Assembly (NCBI GenBank): GCA_963765675.1
Contig: CAVXXK010000015.1
Span: forward strand, 64,039 to 128,038
Reading direction: 5' to 3'
Source: an uncultured delta proteobacterium
GTDB lineage: Bacteria; Desulfobacterota; Binatia; Binatales; Binataceae
Length of the DNA: 64,000 bases
The notes below the pieces were generated by a model. That model saw nothing but the letters and a program-made list of their open reading frames with translations. It was not told the origin of the DNA and made no database searches. A program made the translations under genes and the position numbers. Positions 20,540 to 29,085 of this stretch are shown here, piece by piece. The stretch's first letter is position 1. The number at the start of each line of letters is the position of its first letter.

Positions 20540-21424
20540 TCACGGAGCTTCGGTCGAGAATGCGATCTTCGGATCCTCGCTCGCGAACGGATAGACGTGG
20601 ATCATCCAGCCGAAAATCTGTGGATGAAAATTTCCGCCAACCGCGGCGCATTCCGCGGCGGTTGAGATCGTTCCAGCAAATCCAAAACGCGGATCAGCCA
20701 TATATCCATAGCGCATACGCGCTGCCTCGCCATCGGAGAGGCCCCGTCCTTGCGGCCGATCGATCGCCGAAGTGATGTCCGGCCGCATCCGCGCGCCAAT
20801 GTTACCGTTCAGGACGTCCTGTTTAGTGATGCCCGCAGGCAGGCAGATATTGGTATGCGCATGCCATCGTCCCACGCCGAGTGGGATCAGTTTGTCCAGT
20901 TGCTCGGGAGTGGAGTTCGGCGGCCCATCGTACATCGCACCGACCAGCTTCCATCCTCCAAACGGCTCCTTTTCATATAGAAGCGAGCCCGGATGCGCGA
21001 GATCAAAGTTACCCAGGTACTCGCCCACCGTCAGGTTGCGATTGGCGAAGTGGTAAACATCTTGCGGCAGAGTCGGCTGGAACGGTTTGTATCCGTCGGC
21101 TTCCGCGACCTTGTAGTCCTTATACTTGGAGAGCTCGCGGCGCATCGTCGCGATGATCTCCTGCGCCCGCGCCTGGTCGGCAGGCGTTTCAGGACGCCGC
21201 TGCGTCATCGTCATATGAGCGCCCATCATCAGATGCCCGCCCATCGCGTCCATCGCTGAGGTTTGCGACGCTCCGGAGCTGATGGCCGTGCCGCCTCCGC
21301 TCATGTCCATCCCGTCCATTCCCTGGGCGATCGCCGGAGCCGCGGCGACAATCAGGATCAACGCTGCGGCGATTGCGGAGCGAACCGCACCCGACAAATC
21401 CATCGTGATCGTTCGGAGCCCCAT
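20540..21424 (-). CDS. Secreted His/Met-rich hypothetical protein
   Basis: Signal peptide ending AIA-Q; GMDGMDM, HLMMGAHM, WHAHTNIC, FGWMIHVYP. Confidence 0.75.
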   Translation of the reverse strand: MGLRTITMDLSGAVRSAIAAALILIVAAAPAIAQGMDGMDMSGGGTAISSGASQTSAMDAMGGHLMMGAHMTMTQRRPETPADQARAQEIIATMRRELSKYKDYKVAEADGYKPFQPTLPQDVYHFANRNLTVGEYLGNFDLAHPGSLLYEKEPFGGWKLVGAMYDGPPNSTPEQLDKLIPLGVGRWHAHTNICLPAGITKQDVLNGNIGARMRPDITSAIDRPQGRGLSDGEAARMRYGYMADPRFGFAGTISTAAECAAVGGNFHPQIFGWMIHVYPFASEDPKIAFSTEAP

Positions 21425-21665
21425 CTGATGCGCTCCAGGGACCTCGCAAAATCCGCAAAATGAGCCTTGGAATACCCTTCCACTGTTCCATAAGCGACAC
21501 CGGCAGTTCAAATTCTTTCCCGCCGAGGGTCCGCGAGCACAACGTTCCACACGTCCGGGCTTCGATTGGAATCGAAGCCCGGACGGGGAGCGTAAAAAAA
21601 GATGTGAATCTGAGCCCGCCGCTTCCGCCGGCGAGCGAGGTATTTGGCTGAGGTCGAGCCGCTTC

Positions 21666-22124
21666 TCAGCGCACGGCAGTACTCGGTTCTGGCGGTGACG
21701 ATGTTGTTACCGATGGAACCTCGGCGTTTCCGCAGACTGCTCCGGAGATGCCGGTCAGAACACTAGATGATAAAACGCTACTTTCACTGATCTGTGCGTC
21801 GTCAGAACCTGTTAGCGATGGAAGTGACAACGCGATTCCGTCAACTTCGGAGAAGCCCGTCGAGGTGCTGCTGGTAATTGATAGCGTGAGCTCCGTTCCA
21901 TCGGTTGACGTACATCCCGTGCCGGTGGACGCGATCAGGGGCTCCTCCACGAAGCCAATCCACACCTTGCACTTGCCTTTTTTGGGAACGGTGAATCCCT
22001 GCCCCAACAGAATATAACTCGGATTCGGAAATCCACCGATACAAAAGTTCTTTGCGCTGGCAAGTCCCGGCGCCAGAAACAGAATCGTAGCAACCCCCGC
22101 CATTACAACTCTCAGTCGAGACAT
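21666..22124 (-). CDS. Secreted hypothetical protein
   Basis: Signal peptide ending ASA-K; 4 Cys; AGGAGG RBS upstream. Confidence 0.7.
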   Translation of the reverse strand: MSRLRVVMAGVATILFLAPGLASAKNFCIGGFPNPSYILLGQGFTVPKKGKCKVWIGFVEEPLIASTGTGCTSTDGTELTLSITSSTSTGFSEVDGIALSLPSLTGSDDAQISESSVLSSSVLTGISGAVCGNAEVPSVTTSSPPEPSTAVR

Positions 22125-22271
22125 ATCGTTTCCTCCTGTTTTTCGATCGTTTGGAGTGCCTTCTGCGCCGGTTGGATATTGGGTAAATTTACATCGTGTC
22201 GCAAGAGTCTACATTCTGTCATCAGAGTTAGCAGCAGCACTTTAGAGCCTAACGATTGACGCCAAAATGAT

Positions 22272-23447
22272 ATGGCGCAAATCTGCGCACGGATGGCGAT
22301 GGTATATCGAGCCAAAAAACACGTATTCCGCACACTCTGCGGCGGCGCCGCGCTAGTCGTGATTTCCACGATCGCTGGATGCGCGCTCGCGGCGTGGATG
22401 AGTCTGCCCGGACGCGCCGACTCGGCGGTGACTCAGTACGGAACTCCGTCGCGCGTACTCGCGCTTTCGCCGACGCCCAAAGGCGGCCCTCCGCTGACGA
22501 CGAAAAAAATCGCGGAGGGAGTAAGCGTCGCAGCCAAGGCAGGAGTCACCGGCGATCAGCTTTTCAATCTCTGGAACGCGCTCGAACCCTCACCCGGCCA
22601 GATTAACGTCTCCAATCCCGCCGGCGGGATAAGCTACCTGGGCGGAACGCTCGGATGGACCTTGGAACTGACGATCGGAATACTCAATACCTCGGTGAAC
22701 GTCGTCCCTTCGGATCTTCAGGGCGTTGCATTCGACGACCCGAGGATGATCGCGCGCTTTCACGCGCTACTCGATCAGATCTTTCCAATCCTCAATTCGC
22801 ACGTCGAGTATCTGTCGATCGGCAACGAGGTTGATGTCTATCTCGCCGCGCATCCCGACCAGTGGCCGCAGTACACTACTTTCTATGCCGACGCCGTCGC
22901 TTACGTTCACGCGCATGCGCCGGGCGTGAAGGTCGGAGTCGCGACAACCTGGAGCGGCACTAGTGGCGCGTCGAAGACCGCGGTCGCGGCGCTAAACGCC
23001 TCGAGCGATGTCTGGATCATCACCTACTATCCGCTCGGAGGCGATTTCATAGTCGATTCGCCCAGCGCGCCGCTCTCCGACTTCCCCGCGATGGTCAATC
23101 TCGCGGATGGGAAGGCCGTCGTCCTGCAAGAGGTTGGCTATCCAACTTCGCATAAGCTGAAAAGCTCGGACACGATGCAGGCAGAGTTCGTGCGCAACGT
23201 TTTCACCGCGTGGCAGGCCCAGGGGGATCGCATCCCATTTCTCAGCTACGTGATGGAGCACGATCTCAATCGCAAGTACTGCGACGAGCAATCCGCTTAC
23301 TACGGCGTCTCCGATCCCGACGGGCACTTCAGCGATTATTTTTGCACGCTCGGCTTGTTGACGGTTGAGGGCGAGCAAAAACCGGGATGGAAAATCTTTG
23401 TCGATCAGGCGGCCGCCCTTACCGGAGCATCCGCCACTGCCGATTAG
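22272..23447 (+). CDS. Secreted glycoside hydrolase, clan GH-A-like
   Basis: SIGNEVD (acid/base) and LQEVGYP (nucleophile) motifs; hydrophobic N-terminus; start uncertain. Confidence 0.72.
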   Translation: MAQICARMAMVYRAKKHVFRTLCGGAALVVISTIAGCALAAWMSLPGRADSAVTQYGTPSRVLALSPTPKGGPPLTTKKIAEGVSVAAKAGVTGDQLFNLWNALEPSPGQINVSNPAGGISYLGGTLGWTLELTIGILNTSVNVVPSDLQGVAFDDPRMIARFHALLDQIFPILNSHVEYLSIGNEVDVYLAAHPDQWPQYTTFYADAVAYVHAHAPGVKVGVATTWSGTSGASKTAVAALNASSDVWIITYYPLGGDFIVDSPSAPLSDFPAMVNLADGKAVVLQEVGYPTSHKLKSSDTMQAEFVRNVFTAWQAQGDRIPFLSYVMEHDLNRKYCDEQSAYYGVSDPDGHFSDYFCTLGLLTVEGEQKPGWKIFVDQAAALTGASATAD

Positions 23448-23511
23448 GACCGCCGACGCCCTGAACGATCGGTTTGTCCATTGCCCCGCGTCTCGGCTAC
23501 CTTGGGACGCG

Positions 23512-23961
23512 ATGAGTACGGCCCGCGAGCATCCGAGCGCCACTGACGAGCGCGCCTCCGCGCCACCCGCACGAAAGCGCGAAGTCCAAGTCGCAAGTAT
23601 CGCCGGAACGCTGCAGACCGAGGTCACCGCGGCATCCACGTCATGGAGCCTAGACGCTGAGGGCGCCGCCGGCGCCGATCCGGTCACCGCGTTTCTGGGC
23701 GCACTCGGCGGATGCCTGCTGATGTCGCTCAGAATTGCGGCGCGCGTGCGCAACGCGGAACTTGGCAGAGCGGCCGTCCGGCTCGGTGCAAATGAAAAGG
23801 GCCACGTCAAGGAAATTAAAGTGGAACTTGAAGTTCAAACCGCGCTCGACGACGAGCGCCTGGCGCGCCTGGTGGAAGTCGCCGAGCGCGGATGCCATAT
23901 AAAGGCGATGCTTCGCGAGGAGATCGCCTTCAGCCTGAGCGTGCGCCGAAGCGCCGCCTGA
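23512..23961 (+). CDS. OsmC family protein
   Basis: GADPVTAFLGALGGC and AERGCHI Cys pair. Confidence 0.85.
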   Translation: MSTAREHPSATDERASAPPARKREVQVASIAGTLQTEVTAASTSWSLDAEGAAGADPVTAFLGALGGCLLMSLRIAARVRNAELGRAAVRLGANEKGHVKEIKVELEVQTALDDERLARLVEVAERGCHIKAMLREEIAFSLSVRRSAA

Positions 23962-23980
23962 ACCCGGAGATCGAATCGAC

Positions 23981-24625
23981 ATGGCCGATATCAACCTCTA
24001 TCAATACCCCATCTCGCCCTTCACCGAGAAAGTCCGCCGCGTGCTCACCTACAAAGGGCTTGGCTGGAACCCGATCGATTGCCACTACGAGGACAAAACC
24101 AACCTGCTCGCGATCACCGGCGGCAAATGGACCCGCGTGCCGGTCGCGGAGTGGAACGGCGAAGTGGTCTGGAACTCCGCCGACATTATCAAATGGATCG
24201 ACGCCAAGGTTCCCGCGCATCGCGTGATTCCCGAGGGCGCGCTGGGATTGTGCGAAATAATCGATCACTTCGCCGACAACACTCTGTTCGTGCCGATCCT
24301 GACGCTGACGATTCCCGACCTGCTCGATGCGGCCGGCGATCCGAAGCTCAAGGCCAATCGCGAAAAGCTTATCGGCATGAGCACCGCGAAGATGCGCGAG
24401 GGTTCGGCGCCTGCGCGCGAGGCGCTGGCCGGATTCGCGCGGATGATCGACCATCAACTGGCGGGCAAGGATTATTTCCTGGGCGCGTCATTCACGATGG
24501 CGGATGCGTCGCTGTACCATCCGTTCTTTTTCCTGGCCCTCATTCCGGCGAATTTCGCGTTGGTGAAAGATTTCAAAAACCTGATGCGCTGGTACGAGCG
24601 TGTCCGCGATCTCAAGCACGCCTGA
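23981..24625 (+). CDS. Glutathione S-transferase family protein
   Basis: SPFTEKVR, RVPV, NSADI, FTMADA motifs. Confidence 0.88.
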   Translation: MADINLYQYPISPFTEKVRRVLTYKGLGWNPIDCHYEDKTNLLAITGGKWTRVPVAEWNGEVVWNSADIIKWIDAKVPAHRVIPEGALGLCEIIDHFADNTLFVPILTLTIPDLLDAAGDPKLKANREKLIGMSTAKMREGSAPAREALAGFARMIDHQLAGKDYFLGASFTMADASLYHPFFFLALIPANFALVKDFKNLMRWYERVRDLKHA

Positions 24626-24646
24626 TTTCACACGGAGGATTCCACG

Positions 24647-25645
24647 ATGGCTCGCAAGCTCACGATCGGCGTCAACTGGCAGGGCAAGCTCGACTATAAG
24701 GCGGCGGTCGAGCGCGCGAAGATCGCCGACGCCGCCGGCATCCATTCGATCTGGGTCGCCGAGGCTTGGGGCCGCGACGCGTTCACGCTGCTCACCTTGC
24801 TGGCCGAGCACACCACCAAGGCGCAGCTCGCAACCTCGATCGTCAATATCTATTCGCGCACGCCTGCCGCGCTGGCGCAGCATTTCGGCACCCTCGACGA
24901 ATTCTCCGGCGGCAGAATGATCATCGGTCTTGGCACCAGCGGACCGCAGGTGATCGAGCATTTCCACGGCGTGAAGTTCAATCCGCCGCTAACCCGGATG
25001 AAAGAGACCGTCGAGATCATCAACCTCCTAATAGCCGGAACGCCGCTCAACTATCAGGGCAAGCTGTTCAAGCTCGGACGCGGCTTCACGATGCGTTTCG
25101 AGCCGCCGCGCAAGCATATTCCGATCTTCATCGCCTCTCTCAACGCCAAGAGCGTCGAGTTCACCGCGCGCCAGGCTGACGGATGGATGCCGGTGATGAT
25201 CCCGATAAGCGCGCTCAAGAAATCGATCGATGATTTCCGCAAAATCGCCACCGACGCCGGCCGCGAGCCCGCTGCGGTCGCGGTCAAAGCGCCCGGCGGC
25301 GTGACCGTCACAAAAAATATCGACCGCGCCCGCGCTGGACACGCCGCCAATGTCGCCTTTTACGCGGCTCGGATGGGAACCTTCTATGCCGAGCAGCTAA
25401 CCAGGATGGGCTTCGGTGACGACGTCGCCAGGGTCAAGGAAGCCTGGAGCGCCGGCGGCTCGAAGGCTGGTACCGAGGCGGTATCGCCGAAGCTCCTGGC
25501 CGAGCTTGCCTATATCGGACCGGTCGAGGGCGCCGTCGAGCGCCTGCGCGCTCAGGACGAGGCTGGAGTCGATCTGCATCCGGTCGATATCGACGCGGGC
25601 GGCAGCGCGGCCGAGTTCGAGAAGATCGTCGCGCGCCTGCTGTAG
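24647..25645 (+). CDS. LLM-class (luciferase-like, possibly F420-dependent) oxidoreductase
   Basis: WVAEAWGRDA, RTPA, SGGRMIIGLGTSGPQVIE. Confidence 0.9.
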   Translation: MARKLTIGVNWQGKLDYKAAVERAKIADAAGIHSIWVAEAWGRDAFTLLTLLAEHTTKAQLATSIVNIYSRTPAALAQHFGTLDEFSGGRMIIGLGTSGPQVIEHFHGVKFNPPLTRMKETVEIINLLIAGTPLNYQGKLFKLGRGFTMRFEPPRKHIPIFIASLNAKSVEFTARQADGWMPVMIPISALKKSIDDFRKIATDAGREPAAVAVKAPGGVTVTKNIDRARAGHAANVAFYAARMGTFYAEQLTRMGFGDDVARVKEAWSAGGSKAGTEAVSPKLLAELAYIGPVEGAVERLRAQDEAGVDLHPVDIDAGGSAAEFEKIVARLL

Positions 25646-25719
25646 CATCCAAATCCAATAGCTGAATCGAAACGGAATAACTGAATTGAAAATGCAACCG
25701 AAATTGGAGGGCTAGTCCT

Positions 25720-26775
25720 ATGCGAGCTGCCGTATTTGAACAAACCAAGAAACCTCTGGTCGTCAAAGATGTTCCCGATCCCAAGTGCGCACCGAACGGC
25801 GCGATCATCCGCGTCGAGGCTAACGGCGTCTGCCGTTCCGATTGGCATGCATGGTCGGGCGACTGGACCTGGATGGGCCTGGCCGCGCAGCCGGGCGCGA
25901 TCCTCGGCCACGAGTTCGCCGGCGTCGTCGAAGAGACCGGCAAGGACGTGCACAGTTTCAAAAAGGGCGATCGCGTGGTCGTCCCGTTCAGCCAGGGCGA
26001 CGGCACCTGCGAGTATTGTCGCAACGGCCAATCCAACGTCTGCCTGAACGCGATGCTGCCGGGGTTCTCTTATCCCGGAGGCTTCGGCCACTTGGTCGCG
26101 GTGCCGGCGGCCGACATGAATCTCGTGAACCTTCCCGCGAAGATCGACTTCATCGAGGCGGCCTCGATGGGCTGCCGCTTCATGACCTCGTTCCACGGGA
26201 TCATCGATCGCGCCAAGGTGCAGCCCGGCGAATGGGTTGCGGTTTATGGATGCGGCGGAATCGGACTCGCCGCGATCAATGTCGCCAATGCCTGCGGCGC
26301 CAACGTCATTGGTATCGATCTCGACGGAGCCAAGCTCGAGCTCGCCAAGGGTGTCGGCGCAACGCACGTAGTAAATGGCAAGAAGACCGACGCGGTGCAG
26401 GCGGTCCTCGATCTGACCAAAGGCGGAGCACACGTCTCCGTCGATGCGCTCGGTATTGCGACCACCTGCCGCAACGCAATCATGAGCCTGCGCAAGCAGG
26501 GACGTCATCTGCAGATCGGACTCACCACCTCGGCCGAGAAGGGCGAAATCCCGCTGCCGATCGATCGGATGGTCACGATGGAGCTGCAAATCATCGCGTC
26601 GCTCGGGATGCAGGCATCGCACTACCCCGCGATGCTCCAGATGATCGAGTCGGGCCGCATCTCACCGAAATCGATGGTGACCGGCACTTGCGATCTCGCT
26701 GGAATCAACCAGGTCTTCCAGGAAATGAACACGTTCCAAAACGTCGGCGTCACGGTCTGCAACAAGTACAACTGA
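25720..26775 (+). CDS. Zinc-dependent alcohol dehydrogenase
   Basis: GVCRSDWH, GHEFAG, GCGGIG; structural Zn motif DxxCxxC...C. Confidence 0.93.
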   Translation: MRAAVFEQTKKPLVVKDVPDPKCAPNGAIIRVEANGVCRSDWHAWSGDWTWMGLAAQPGAILGHEFAGVVEETGKDVHSFKKGDRVVVPFSQGDGTCEYCRNGQSNVCLNAMLPGFSYPGGFGHLVAVPAADMNLVNLPAKIDFIEAASMGCRFMTSFHGIIDRAKVQPGEWVAVYGCGGIGLAAINVANACGANVIGIDLDGAKLELAKGVGATHVVNGKKTDAVQAVLDLTKGGAHVSVDALGIATTCRNAIMSLRKQGRHLQIGLTTSAEKGEIPLPIDRMVTMELQIIASLGMQASHYPAMLQMIESGRISPKSMVTGTCDLAGINQVFQEMNTFQNVGVTVCNKYN

Positions 26776-26796
26776 CGCGCGGTTCTCACGTCATCG

Positions 26797-26830
26797 AGAG
26801 GAGAGCCTCCACGGCTCTCCTCTTTTTTTT
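26797..26830 (+). terminator. Rho-independent terminator
   Basis: 11-bp stem AGAGGAGAGCC/GGCTCTCCTCT followed by a T run. Confidence 0.85.
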
Positions 26831-26847
26831 CCGCGCAACGAAGTGGT

Positions 26848-26877
26848 TGTCATCCTGAGCCGCAGGCGAAGGATCTC
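26848..26877. repeat. REP-like palindrome (GTCATCCTGAGC...GAAGGATCTC)
   Basis: Resembles GTC-tagged extragenic palindromes; related CCTGAGC...GAAGG core at 37762-37781. Confidence 0.5.
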
Positions 26878-26956
26878 CGCGAAGCGATTAGTGCGACCAA
26901 TCTCGGCCGTTCACTTCGCGCTTGCGCCAGGCGAGCACCTTCCCTATCTCGATCGT

Positions 26957-27796
26957 ATGAGATTCGGAATTCATGTTCCGCAGTTCGGCGACTACGGTGA
27001 TCCAAACAAGCTCGCTGCCTTCGCGCGCGAGGCCGAAGACTCCGGATGGGACGGGTTCTTCATCTGGGATCATATCCAGGTCAATTGGCCGGCCCCGGTT
27101 GCCGACACCACGGTCGCGCTCGCCGCGATCGCGCTTGCCACTCGTCGAATGCGGATCGGTCCGATCGTGACGCCACTGTTCCGCCGAAATCCGGTCAAGC
27201 TCGCGCGCGAGACGGTATCGCTCGATCACTTGAGCGGCGGGCGGCTGGTGCTGGGCGTGGGCCTCGGCGGTGATTGGTTTGGCGAGATCAGCACCTTTGC
27301 CGGTCCGCTGGAAGGTCGTGTTCGCGCCGCGATGCTCGACGAAGCGCTGGCGGTGATCATTGGGCTATGGAGCGGCGCGAAATTTTCGTTCGATGGTGAT
27401 CACTACCAGGTGCGCGAGGCGCAGTTCATCCCGGCGCCGCTCCAGCTTCCGCGAATTCCGATCTGGCTCGCGGGAACCTGGCCGAAGAAACCGCCGTTTC
27501 GCCGCGCGGCCCGTTTTGACGGCGCCGTGCCGGCGAGCGCCGATATCGAGAAGGTCCTTTCCCCCGATGACATTCGTGGAGTTCGCGATTTTATAGAGGC
27601 GAATCGCAGCGTCGCCTCGCCGTTCGATATCGTATGCACTGGCGAGACCTCCGGCGATCCCGCGCTGGCGCGAGAGAAAGTAGCGCCCTACGCCGAAGTG
27701 GGCGCCACCTGGTGGCTGGAAGGCAGGCTGCCATGGAAGGAATCGCTCGACGACTTCCGTCGCCGCGTGCTCGCTGGTCCGCCCGTGCTTGCTTGA
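26957..27796 (+). CDS. LLM-class flavin-dependent oxidoreductase
   Basis: WDGFFIWDH, LDHLSGGRLVLGVGLG, PIWLAG. Confidence 0.9.
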   Translation: MRFGIHVPQFGDYGDPNKLAAFAREAEDSGWDGFFIWDHIQVNWPAPVADTTVALAAIALATRRMRIGPIVTPLFRRNPVKLARETVSLDHLSGGRLVLGVGLGGDWFGEISTFAGPLEGRVRAAMLDEALAVIIGLWSGAKFSFDGDHYQVREAQFIPAPLQLPRIPIWLAGTWPKKPPFRRAARFDGAVPASADIEKVLSPDDIRGVRDFIEANRSVASPFDIVCTGETSGDPALAREKVAPYAEVGATWWLEGRLPWKESLDDFRRRVLAGPPVLA

Positions 27797-27838
27797 CGCT
27801 TTTGACTCTGCGGGCCGGCTCGTGCAGGTTCTATCTTC

Positions 27839-28819
27839 ATGAAGGCAGTCCTTATTGATCGACCCGGCGATGAGTCGGTAATGAAACTCGGCAACGCTCC
27901 TGATCCGATTCCGTCGGATGACGAAATTCTGATCAAGGTGCGATGCGCGGGAATTAATCGCGCCGATCTGATGCAGCGCCAGGGCTTCTATCCGCCGCCG
28001 CCCGGGGCGTCGGAGATCCTGGGCCTCGAGGTCGCCGGCGAAGTCGTCGCCGTAGGCCCGCATGCGCACGGATGGAAGCGCGGCGAACGCGCCATGGCGC
28101 TCCTGCCGGGCGGAGGCTACGCGGAGCTGGCGGTTGCGCACGCAGGTTCGGCGATGAAAATTCCCGCCGCGCTTTCCGATGAAGAAGCGGCAGGTCTTCC
28201 CGAAGTCTACCTGACCGCGTTCCTCAATTTGTTCGAGCTCGCGGGCGTCAAGCCCGGCGACAATGTGCTTATCCATGGCGGCGGCAGCGGAGTCGGCACC
28301 GCGTCGATCCAGCTCCTGCGCGAGGCCGAAGCGCGCTCGATCGTGACCGCGGGCAGCGACGCCAAGTGCGAGCAGTGCCTCAAGTTCGGCGCCGACGTCG
28401 CGATCAACTACAAGAAGGGGCCGTTCGCGCCGGCGGTGAAGACTGCCACCAGCGGACGCGGCGCCGACGTGATCCTCGACAGTATCGGCGCGTCATATCT
28501 GCCGCAAAATATCGAGGCGCTCGCCCAGGGCGGTCGCCTGGTGCTGATCGGCCTGATGACCGGAACCAAATCCGAAATCGATCTCGCCGCCGTCTTGCGG
28601 CGCCATCTGCGGATTTTCGGTTCGACCCTGCGCACCCGCCCCGCCGCGGAGAAGGCCGCGATTGTGAGCGCATTCCTGGCACGCTTCGGCACCGCGCTCA
28701 ACGCGGGCCGCCTGCGTCCGCCGGTCTACAAAACGCTCCCAGCGTCGGAAGCCCCGGCCGCCCATCGCATGATGCAAGCCTCCCAGCATTTCGGAAAAAT
28801 AATCCTGCGGTTATCGTAG
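27839..28819 (+). CDS. NAD(P)H-quinone oxidoreductase (PIG3 family)
   Basis: GINRADLMQRQGFYPPPPG, LGLEVAG, IHGGGSGVG, HFGKIIL. Confidence 0.92.
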   Translation: MKAVLIDRPGDESVMKLGNAPDPIPSDDEILIKVRCAGINRADLMQRQGFYPPPPGASEILGLEVAGEVVAVGPHAHGWKRGERAMALLPGGGYAELAVAHAGSAMKIPAALSDEEAAGLPEVYLTAFLNLFELAGVKPGDNVLIHGGGSGVGTASIQLLREAEARSIVTAGSDAKCEQCLKFGADVAINYKKGPFAPAVKTATSGRGADVILDSIGASYLPQNIEALAQGGRLVLIGLMTGTKSEIDLAAVLRRHLRIFGSTLRTRPAAEKAAIVSAFLARFGTALNAGRLRPPVYKTLPASEAPAAHRMMQASQHFGKIILRLS

Positions 28820-28846
28820 TCGCCTCGCCGGGTGAGCTGCCCGCGA

Positions 28847-28948
28847 AGACGGGCGGCTCCCGAGCCGTCCCTACGAAACCGAATTCAAGAAACCGGATTT
28901 GAAGGAACCGGATTTAGTTCGTAGGGGCGCGTCGCGACGCGCCCGTCT
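28847..28948. repeat. Inverted pair of GTAG-type REP elements
   Basis: AGACGGGCGGCTCCCGAGCCGTCCCTACGAA (28847-28877) inverted to TTCGTAGGGGCGCGTCGCGACGCGCCCGTCT (28918-28948). Confidence 0.7.
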
Positions 28949-29009
28949 GTGCGCGGCGATAATCGCGCGCGAGAGATTTTAGCAGTCGTCCTTCAAGTTA
29001 GAACGAGAG

Positions 29010-29045
29010 CGCGCCGCCGGAGCGAATCTTCGGCGGCGCGGTTTT
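29010..29045. terminator. Hairpin/terminator between convergent genes
   Basis: CGCGCCGCCG...CGGCGGCGCG followed by GTTTT. Confidence 0.55.
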
Positions 29046-29085
29046 GATGCGTAAAGTTCAGCGATGCTTCCGGTTCAGCGTCCCG

